DNA from: Alphaproteobacteria bacterium
GTDB lineage: Bacteria; Pseudomonadota; Alphaproteobacteria; Micavibrionales; Micavibrionaceae
Length of the DNA stretch: 63,592 nt
Assembly: GCA_039808785.1 (NCBI GenBank)
Contig: JBDHTT010000001.1
Span: forward strand, 1-63,592
Reading direction: 5' to 3'
Below are positions 19,105 through 26,703 of the stretch, piece by piece. The notes beneath the pieces were generated by a model. It did not search any database. It was given only the letters and a program-made list of their open reading frames with translations, and had not been told where the DNA came from. Position 1 is the first letter of the stretch. Each line of letters opens with the position of its first letter. Made by a program: the position numbers and the translations under genes.

Positions 19105-20274
19105 CTATTTGTTCCCAATCAAAAGCACATAATCATCAATTTCGCGCACGATTAAGGAATTGATACTTTGTGTTTCAACAATTTGCTGTCGAGCAGCAGA
19201 TCCCATTTCTTTTCTTAAAAGAGGATTGATCATCAGTTTATTGAGGAAGTTCTTGACGGAGTCCACAGTTTTTTCACACAAGACCCCATTTTTCCCCGAT
19301 ATAATGACCGAATTTATACCCTCAACATTTGTCCCCAATACAGCACATCCGCATGACATGGCTTCCAGCAGGGATTTAGGGTTTCCTTCATAATGAGAGA
19401 GAAGTACAAATATAGGGTAGTGGCTGTAAATATTTGGAAGTTCATCATTTTGAATATTTCCTAAAAAACGGACATCTGCCTGTTTTTGGGTAGCCTCAGC
19501 TTCAAGCACTTGGCGCAATTCTCCGCTCCCCACAATATCCACCCCCCAGTCAGTTCCCGAAATGGCATCAATTAATAATGATATATTCTTTTGTTCAGTG
19601 AGGCGCCCAACAAACAGCACACGATTTGGGTATGAAGTCACATCATGGACCGGAGAAAATTTTTCTGTATCTATCCAGTTTGGTCTAACTTGAATTCTTT
19701 CGGCAGGGATCTTAAAAGTTTTGATTACAAAATTTCTGTCATTATCTGTTGCCACATATATAATATTTGCTGATTTATAGGTCACGTAGCTGATCATCCA
19801 CGTAAAAACTCTTCGCAGCAATCCTTTTCTTTGCAGGCATGTAAACCGATAAAGTTCAAACCCCGTGCGAACGAGAAGAGGCTTGCCAAAAATAAACTTT
19901 GCAAGAACGGCAATCCATCCACCCCACATTTGGTTGGTCTTGATAAGACCAGCTGCCCCGAAGGCTGAACGTGCCACCCATAGTGAGAGCGGCGAAACAA
20001 CAGCGCGCAGAAATTGATTTTTTGGGCAAGGTATAAAATCATAAATAGGGAATGTGCGGATACCGGGATGAAGTGTCTTGCCTATCTCTAAATCTGCCTT
20101 ATCCCCCCATGTGAGGAAACAAATCTCAACTCCTCGTTCAGCAAGGCGTGTGTAATACAGCACTTCTCTTTGCAAAAGCCCCTTCTCCTCCCAAATTTTC
20201 AACGAAACATCCCATGTAAATAAAACAAGGAGTTTGATAGGATGCAAAGATTTTGAATGGAGTGGATAGGTCAT
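19105..20274 (-). CDS. Glycosyltransferase family 4 (GT-B fold)
   Basis: 389 aa. VLFVGRLTEQKNI ... IFVLLSHYEGNPKSLLEAMSCGCAVLGTNVEG is the E-x7-E region. Confidence 0.8.
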   Translation of the reverse strand: MTYPLHSKSLHPIKLLVLFTWDVSLKIWEEKGLLQREVLYYTRLAERGVEICFLTWGDKADLEIGKTLHPGIRTFPIYDFIPCPKNQFLRAVVSPLSLWVARSAFGAAGLIKTNQMWGGWIAVLAKFIFGKPLLVRTGFELYRFTCLQRKGLLRRVFTWMISYVTYKSANIIYVATDNDRNFVIKTFKIPAERIQVRPNWIDTEKFSPVHDVTSYPNRVLFVGRLTEQKNISLLIDAISGTDWGVDIVGSGELRQVLEAEATQKQADVRFLGNIQNDELPNIYSHYPIFVLLSHYEGNPKSLLEAMSCGCAVLGTNVEGINSVIISGKNGVLCEKTVDSVKNFLNKLMINPLLRKEMGSAARQQIVETQSINSLIVREIDDYVLLIGNK

Positions 20275-20441
20275 ATTGATTGAAGTCTATTTCTTTCTCC
20301 AGACGAACCCTAGAGCTGTTTCACAAGCAACCTTTAACATTATTTTTTCTTCATTATTTGTTTTTATTGTATTATCTGATGATCCGCAACTTGATTTCTC
20401 CTATTTGAGTACAGATCAACCGTAAGAGGAAGTGAAATACC

Positions 20442-21350
20442 ATGAAGAAAATCCTCTTTTTACGAAGGGAAAATGTCTATTTGCCGGAGATAAATGCCTA
20501 TATGGCGTATCTTCGGCAAAGAATGCCGCTCTTTGAAGCCTATGATCTTACTGATTCTGCAGAGACAAAGAAAAATTACTCCGAATCTGATTTTGATGTG
20601 ATTTGGAAATTTATGGGATTTGACCGACAGATTCATCCCGATCGGTTTGTTGTGCATGAATATGGGTCTTTATCTGTGGGGCATCTCCCTAGAGTGAAGA
20701 ATTTTATTAAAAGAGTGATCAACTCAAAACCATCTATGCGTGTTTTTTTAAACGAAGCTGTGCGTCAGGAAATGGGATTCAAAGACAATACAGATTATAG
20801 ACTAAGGGATATGGGTGTTAGTTCTCATTTCTTTAGGGGGTTTCCCAATCCGAATCCTGAATTTGATTGTGTGTATTCTGGAAGTCTTAATCGTGGAAAA
20901 ATTATCTTTTCTATGCTTGAGCATTTCAAAACCACCATGAAAGGTTCAAAATTATTGGTTGTGGGGGCTGTTCCGGATGATATTCATGAGATGTTCGGGA
21001 ATGCATCAAATATTCACTTTACCGGAAGGCTAAAATACGGAGACGTTCCTGGGGCTATCACTCAGGCCAAGTATGGGCTGAATGTGATGCCCGATATCTA
21101 TCCGTTCAATATTCAGACATCGACCAAGGTTTTGGAATATTGCGCCGCGCATATGCCCGTTATTAGTACAAGTTACAAATGGGTGAGAGAGTTTGAAAAA
21201 GATACCAAAGGAAAATTTTTCTACATTGAGAATTCTTTCAGTAACCTGAATATCGGTAATATTGAGAAATATCCATTTGTCGTGCCTTCAATGGCAGATT
21301 ATGAGTGGGACAAGATTATCGAGAAATCAAAGTTATTTGATTCGCTTTAA
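20442..21350 (+). CDS. Putative glycosyltransferase (GT-B C-terminal domain-like)
   Basis: VYSGSLNRGK ... LLVVGAVPDD ... IHFTGRLKYGD ... TSTKVLEYCAAHMPVISTS resembles a GT4-like nucleotide-sugar-binding half. The N-terminal half was not recognised. Confidence 0.4.
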   Translation: MKKILFLRRENVYLPEINAYMAYLRQRMPLFEAYDLTDSAETKKNYSESDFDVIWKFMGFDRQIHPDRFVVHEYGSLSVGHLPRVKNFIKRVINSKPSMRVFLNEAVRQEMGFKDNTDYRLRDMGVSSHFFRGFPNPNPEFDCVYSGSLNRGKIIFSMLEHFKTTMKGSKLLVVGAVPDDIHEMFGNASNIHFTGRLKYGDVPGAITQAKYGLNVMPDIYPFNIQTSTKVLEYCAAHMPVISTSYKWVREFEKDTKGKFFYIENSFSNLNIGNIEKYPFVVPSMADYEWDKIIEKSKLFDSL

Positions 21351-21351
21351 A

Positions 21352-21392
21352 AACCTGTTCATGACGATTGCCATGCCTTACAGAATTACCCC
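21352..21392 (+). repeat. Solo terminal inverted repeat of the IS30-like/MITE family (terminus at 21352)
   Basis: AAAACCTGTTCATGA (21350-21364) is an exact 15-mer match to the MITE left end at 47168-47182. Downstream similarity is weaker (..TTGCCATGCCTTACAGAATT vs ..TCGCTGCGGCACAGGATT). It starts immediately after the stop codon at 21348-21350. Confidence 0.55.
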
Positions 21393-21455
21393 CGCTCTGC
21401 TTCGATACAATTTCAAATAAGAGCAGGAGGTCACAAATCTTGATAGGGAAGGTTC

Positions 21456-24400
21456 CTATTGCCCCAGTAAATTGCCCAGGGCTTTGGCGGCTTCGTTTTT
21501 GAGAATATCTTTTGGTTTGGATTCCGCCGGCGATGCGGATTGAACCGTTCCATCTGTAGATCCCCCACTTGTCGCCCCCGCAGTGCCATTATTTGCCCCA
21601 TTATTTGAGCTTTCAGCCGGGAGCTTTAAGAGCTTATTGATTTGTTTATCAATGACCTTATCCAATTTATTTTGTAATTTTCCACGCAGGTAATTTTCAA
21701 TCGCTGCGCCGCCAGCCTGAGTCGGACTATCCAACGGTCCCTTGATCGTGAAATCAAATGGCGGAATATCAGTATTTTTGACAGTCATACTATTATTCAG
21801 CTCAATCCACCATTGCGGCAAATTCACGGTTCCCGTGCTGTTGAGGGATGCTTGATCACCGTCAAACAAGATTTTGGAAAAATTCACCACCCCGTTTTGG
21901 GCGGTAAAGAGTGACTCAAAGGTGGCGAACTGAGTTTGTCCATTGGCGAAGGACCCGAATAAACTTCCCGCCCGTTCCAACGGTTTGAAGCTTCCCCGTG
22001 CCGCCGTGGCGAGCTGGGCCGCGTCAATGCCCTTCACAATAATATTTTCCCCGGTGATAGAACCTGCACCGTTGAGGGTTTGCACCAAAGCCGCCGGCGA
22101 AATTCCCGTGGCCGAGAGATTGACATCTGCCTTGCGGAAATTTCCGGAAACAATATCTTTGGTTTTACCCAAAGCAGCGGAGAGTAAAGGACCGGCAGCG
22201 ATATTTTCCCCTTTGAAATCCGCCTTAACACTCAGCGGATCATGCGCGCCGGCACCCGATTTAACCTCTCCGGTTAACAGCACCCGACCGCCAAAAATTC
22301 CTGCACCGGCATCGGCGATGGTCAACGTACCGTTTGTCAGGGCGAAATCGAGATTAGCCTGATTGAGCGTCCATAAATCATAGATAATGGTTTCTGCCTT
22401 AATTCTTAACTGCGCATCAAAATTCCGCATCCAATCCACATTGATTGCCTCACGCGACCATTTAGAGCTGCCTGCATTTTGAGTGGAGGCGGCTTTGGCG
22501 GTTGATTTTGTGCCTGACGCTGAATTCGCGGACGAGCCAGAGTTTTGCGACAACACCACCCGGCCCAAATTGACAGCACCCTTAACCGCAAGCTTAGGAG
22601 CCGTCGTCACGTCAAGATGCCCGTTCAACGTGGTTTTACCCAAAAGCCCCTGCACATCACTCAGGTGATATTCATTATTTTCCCACACGGCATTTCCAGA
22701 GAGTTGAAAAGGCCCGTCAAAGCCGCTCGTGGCCGTAAATTCAGGTTGCACCAATCGCACCGATTGCACGAAGTTCGGTGAAGATAACGCAAATTTGATT
22801 TGATTGATGATCGGCGTTTCGAGCAGATTTGCAACCGATCCTATTCCCGAAACCGACAAGCCCCACAGGGTGGTGGTCAGGTCAAAAGAGAGTTGCTTAA
22901 GACTTCCCGAAACCGTCCCCTTGATACTAGACGGCCCAATCTTGCGCGATAATTGCGGCAAAGTGAGGTGATAAGCCTGCGCCAATGATTCGGTGTCCGG
23001 CGCGGATAACGAAAAGGTCAGGTTTAAATCGGATAAATCATCAGTTTTGCCGATAGCACCCTGAGCCGAGATTTCCGCGGATTGGGGTAATTGCGCCGCA
23101 AACTTATCAATCTTAAGGCTCTGGCCATTTAAAATCAGGGTGGAATGAATGTTTTGATAGCTCAAGCCCTGATATTTCACCTGGGCCAAATCGGCCTGAA
23201 TTTGGCCGTTGAACGGCAGAGCAAAACCCATGGACTGTGGGACATCAGAGGACTGGGACGGGTCTAAAGTGCCGTTACCCGCAGAATCCCCCTTGTTGCC
23301 CAATTTTTCCAATATTTGGTCTATATCCAATCGTTGAGATTGCAGTGAAAGATGCATGTCTTTTTGCGACAATCCGATGCTTCCCGTGAGGGAGAGGTCA
23401 TTATTATCCAGCAAAAATCGACTCTCGCGCAGTTGGATTGTGCCATTCTGTAGTGAGCCGCGCGCTTCAATGCTCAAATCATCAAGAAATTTTTCCAACA
23501 CAGACGAATCATTAGGCACCTTATCGGCAGAGTTTAAGGAAAAGGAAATCTCAGGCGCGGCTTGCCCTGTCCCCGATAACGGCGCGAGAGAAAAATTCCC
23601 CAGATAGGACAAATTGCCGTTTTCAAGCCGTAAATTGCTGAGGAGGATTTTTTCCGAATCATAAGAGAGCTTACCATCGAGCGTGGTTCTGCCACTTAAC
23701 TCCCCAGGAATGGAGGAGCTTTGATCAGGGCTCAGGCCAGACACGGCCTTACCCAAATTATCAATGGTCAGATTAATGTCACCATCCACCGCAATCTTGT
23801 CCTGTTGCATCCGAATCGTGCCGCCATAGCTGGCAATCACATTGCTCTCGGGCAAGGCCATTTGAATTTTAATGGGATAAAGCGAATTTTTAAAATCCAA
23901 TGTCGAGATGGTGATTTTCGATTCAATCTTACGACCATTCCACACCAAACCGCCATTCACGTCAAAGGGCCCGTGTAAACTATCGGCTTTGGCCGTGATA
24001 TCCACATCCTCAAATTTTTGCAGGTTTGAGCTTGATTGATCATCCCAGATCAGTACGCCGTTGATAATTTGCAGCATATTTAAAGAAAAATCATAGCCGG
24101 GAGCAGATGCAGAATCGGCAGTAGGTTTTGAATCGGCGGCATTCACATTGTCAGGCGATTGTTTTTTGGATAGAGTCGCGCTCATCCAACCCTGGCGGCC
24201 ATCCTTATGGGTTGTCAGGGTGATTTGCGGCTCGCTCAAGGTCACATTTTCAATATTGATCTTCTTAGAAAGCAAGGGCCACAATTCAAGTTCAATATCC
24301 GCATCCCTAACCGTGATAAAATTTTCCCCTTCATTGGAGAGTTTGAGGTCATGCACCGTAGCGTGCGGAAGAGGAAGGAGCGAGATCGCAATATCTCCGC

Positions 24401-24656
24401 GCCAATCCACCTTATACCCTGTGCTATGCTCCAATTTTTCAACGATGATTTGTTTATATGCGGATTGGTCAATGAATTTTGTGGCCACCACTCCCGCACC
24501 CGCAATTACCAACACAAGGCCGAGCGCCGTTCCACCCAGATATTTGGCCCATTTGGGAAAATGCTTTTCCTCCGCCCGATCCTCACCAAATGGATCCGCA
24601 GAATTCAAGCTGTCTGTTACAGCTTGAGAGGGTGATTCTCGATTTTGATCAATCAT
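21456..24656 (-). CDS. AsmA-family outer-membrane biogenesis protein
   Basis: 1066 aa. N-terminal TM anchor (LGGTALGLVLVIAGAGVVATKF) followed by a long beta-rich, Ser/Gly/Asn-rich repetitive body typical of AsmA/TamB-like proteins. Confidence 0.6.
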   Translation of the reverse strand: MIDQNRESPSQAVTDSLNSADPFGEDRAEEKHFPKWAKYLGGTALGLVLVIAGAGVVATKFIDQSAYKQIIVEKLEHSTGYKVDWRGDIAISLLPLPHATVHDLKLSNEGENFITVRDADIELELWPLLSKKINIENVTLSEPQITLTTHKDGRQGWMSATLSKKQSPDNVNAADSKPTADSASAPGYDFSLNMLQIINGVLIWDDQSSSNLQKFEDVDITAKADSLHGPFDVNGGLVWNGRKIESKITISTLDFKNSLYPIKIQMALPESNVIASYGGTIRMQQDKIAVDGDINLTIDNLGKAVSGLSPDQSSSIPGELSGRTTLDGKLSYDSEKILLSNLRLENGNLSYLGNFSLAPLSGTGQAAPEISFSLNSADKVPNDSSVLEKFLDDLSIEARGSLQNGTIQLRESRFLLDNNDLSLTGSIGLSQKDMHLSLQSQRLDIDQILEKLGNKGDSAGNGTLDPSQSSDVPQSMGFALPFNGQIQADLAQVKYQGLSYQNIHSTLILNGQSLKIDKFAAQLPQSAEISAQGAIGKTDDLSDLNLTFSLSAPDTESLAQAYHLTLPQLSRKIGPSSIKGTVSGSLKQLSFDLTTTLWGLSVSGIGSVANLLETPIINQIKFALSSPNFVQSVRLVQPEFTATSGFDGPFQLSGNAVWENNEYHLSDVQGLLGKTTLNGHLDVTTAPKLAVKGAVNLGRVVLSQNSGSSANSASGTKSTAKAASTQNAGSSKWSREAINVDWMRNFDAQLRIKAETIIYDLWTLNQANLDFALTNGTLTIADAGAGIFGGRVLLTGEVKSGAGAHDPLSVKADFKGENIAAGPLLSAALGKTKDIVSGNFRKADVNLSATGISPAALVQTLNGAGSITGENIIVKGIDAAQLATAARGSFKPLERAGSLFGSFANGQTQFATFESLFTAQNGVVNFSKILFDGDQASLNSTGTVNLPQWWIELNNSMTVKNTDIPPFDFTIKGPLDSPTQAGGAAIENYLRGKLQNKLDKVIDKQINKLLKLPAESSNNGANNGTAGATSGGSTDGTVQSASPAESKPKDILKNEAAKALGNLLGQ

Positions 24657-24705
24657 TTAAAATTCCTAAGATTTAAAATTCCCAAGCCAAGGCGTTTGCG
24701 CCCGG

Positions 24706-24746
24706 TGAAACAAAACCAACGCCGCAGGTGAGATCACGAACAGGTT
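24706..24746 (-). repeat. Solo terminal inverted repeat of the IS30-like/MITE family (terminus at 24746)
   Basis: GTGAAACAAAACCAACGCCGCAGGTGAGATCACGAACAGGTT matches the MITE right arm (47270-47311) at 31 of 42 positions by hand alignment, and at 26 of the last 31. Confidence 0.6.
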
Positions 24747-25209
24747 CTAACACACGGGCATTATAAGGAGTATGGTCCATCTTCCGAAAAAGTCAAAAGC
24801 AAAAAACATATTTTTGACACCGCCAAGGGGGAACAGGTTTCACAGGAGCAAAAAAATCACGAGAGCCAGAATATTTTCAAAGTTATTGACTACGTGCAGG
24901 GCAATATAGTTATTATATTATGTAATAATATCGTTATATAATGCTCGATTTTTAAAATTCATAAATATCCATTTTCGAAACTATTTTGCAATTATTAAGT
25001 AATTGCAATTATTTCTTTTTAAAGTTTTACAATATTTGGCTATATTTACTAGTAAATATAAAATATTTACTTTGATATTGAATATATACTGAATATTTAT
25101 TTAAAAATATTACTAGTAAGTAATAGTTATTATTTTTAATAGTTTCGCTTTTGGAAAAAAATTTCATTTTTCTCTTGCATATAAAATTTACTTCGCGTAT
25201 AAATAACTT

Positions 25210-25268
25210 ACACACCCTCTATTACCGCCGTTTGTCCGGAGCACCGCAAGGTCTCCGGACCTTTTTTG
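25210..25268 (+). ncRNA. Candidate small RNA (orphan promoter plus intrinsic terminator)
   Basis: TTGCAT (25175-25180), a 17-nt spacer, then TATAAA (25198-25203). About 25 nt later comes an 8-bp GC stem GTCCGGAG/CTCCGGAC (25234-25241 / 25253-25260) followed by CTTTTTTG. No plus-strand gene lies upstream that it could terminate. Confidence 0.35.
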
Positions 25269-25376
25269 TTTCAATTTCATCGTGCGTTTACATTATAAAC
25301 TGACTTAAAATGGCCAATTCGGCTACCTGCATAAACTCTCTTTGACAGGCTTTTAATATCTTGCTACCTAGCATCT

Positions 25377-25898
25377 ATGACCAAAATATCTTCAGATTCA
25401 ACCGAGATTTCAAACAATTTTGACTCTCTCCCCTATCGCCCCTGTGTGGGGATTGCGCTGTTTAACCCGCAGGGCCACGTGTTCGTGGGCGAGAGAATCG
25501 ACACGCCCCAAGCCTGGCAAATGCCGCAAGGGGGTATTGATGAGGGCGAAGATTTGATTGAGGCAGCCTTTCGCGAATTGAAAGAGGAAACGGGCATTAC
25601 CGAAGCCGAATTGCTCCATATCGTTCCCAAAACCATATGTTATGATGTGCCGCGTGAATTGTCGGTGAAGCATTGGGGCGGACGTTTCCGCGGCCAGGAG
25701 CAACATTGGGTCGCCCTTAAATTTCTGGGCGATGATCGTTTGATTGATTTAAAACACCATGAACCACATGAATTTTTGCAATGGCAATGGGTGGATTTAA
25801 GCCATACAGTGGATTTAATCGTGCCGTTTAAGCGTGAAGTATACCGTGAAGTCATCGCTGCGCTGTCCCATCTGGTGCCGATGATTAGGATAGAGTGA
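25377..25898 (+). CDS. rppH: RNA pyrophosphohydrolase (Nudix)
   Basis: YRPCVGIALFN...WQMPQGGIDEGEDLIEAAFRELKEETG is a Nudix box in RppH/NudH context, with HWGGRFRGQEQHWV. Confidence 0.85.
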   Translation: MTKISSDSTEISNNFDSLPYRPCVGIALFNPQGHVFVGERIDTPQAWQMPQGGIDEGEDLIEAAFRELKEETGITEAELLHIVPKTICYDVPRELSVKHWGGRFRGQEQHWVALKFLGDDRLIDLKHHEPHEFLQWQWVDLSHTVDLIVPFKREVYREVIAALSHLVPMIRIE

Positions 25899-26021
25899 TT
25901 TGAAATAAGAATTGGACACAATTTTTATTTCAAATTGTACCGAGCAAGACGAGGCAGGCTTGCCCGGAAGCATAAACAGCGTATGAGAGCTTTCATTAAA
26001 AATATTCTATTTTTAATGAAA
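25899..26021 (+). repeat. Two-hairpin intergenic element, copy A (upstream of tmk)
   Basis: Hairpin 1 is TTTGAAATAA/TTATTTCAAA (25899-25908 / 25925-25934). A GC-rich core follows. Hairpin 2 is TTTCATTAAAAAT-ATTCT-ATTTTTAATGAAA (25991-26021, perfect). Its paralog is at 62895-63006. Confidence 0.55.
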
Positions 26022-26055
26022 ATAACTAAATATAATTAGGGGTAAGCTAAAATCC

Positions 26056-26703
26056 ATGAACGGACTCTTCATCACGCTTGAAGGCGGCGAAGGCGCAGGC
26101 AAAACCACGCAATGCCGATTGCTGCATGATTATTTTAAGGGCCGCGGGCGCGATGTGGTCTTAACGCGCGAACCCGGCGGCACCCCAGAAGGCGAGAAAA
26201 TCCGCAATTTACTGGTACAACGTGATGGCGGCCAATGGACCCCGATGGCCGAATGTTTATTATTTTTTGCCGCGCGCCAGATGCATGTGGAAAAATTGAT
26301 CAAACCGGCTTTGGCGGCGGACAAAATCGTGATTTGCGACCGCTTTAGCGACTCAACCTTAGCTTATCAGGGTTATGGCCACGGCTTTGATCATGACACG
26401 ATTCGCACGCTCGACCGCGTGACGTTGCAACATTTTACCCCGCATCTGACATTTTTGCTTGATATCGCACCGGATCAGGGATTGAAGCGTTCTTTGGCCC
26501 ACAACCAAAGCGCCCAGGGCAGCCAAAGCACCGAAGATCGGTTTGAGCATCTCAAGCTCGAATTTCATGAAAAATTACGCGCAGGATTTTTGGACATTGC
26601 GCAGCAAAACCCGGGGCGTATTCATGTGATTGATGCCACCCAAAGCGCCGACCAAATTTATTTCGCTATCATCAAGATTGTTGAGGAATTCCATGCTCTT
26701 TGA
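26056..26703 (+). CDS. tmk: Thymidylate kinase
   Basis: FITLEGGEGAGKTTQ P-loop, REPGGT and DRFSDSTLAYQG motifs. Confidence 0.92.
   Translation: MNGLFITLEGGEGAGKTTQCRLLHDYFKGRGRDVVLTREPGGTPEGEKIRNLLVQRDGGQWTPMAECLLFFAARQMHVEKLIKPALAADKIVICDRFSDSTLAYQGYGHGFDHDTIRTLDRVTLQHFTPHLTFLLDIAPDQGLKRSLAHNQSAQGSQSTEDRFEHLKLEFHEKLRAGFLDIAQQNPGRIHVIDATQSADQIYFAIIKIVEEFHAL

Noticed and set aside
25027-25215. A 62-aa minus-strand ORF in the AT-rich block.
   Set aside because: The Lys/Asn/Ile/Tyr/Phe composition simply reflects DNA that is 85-90% A+T. No RBS, no motif.
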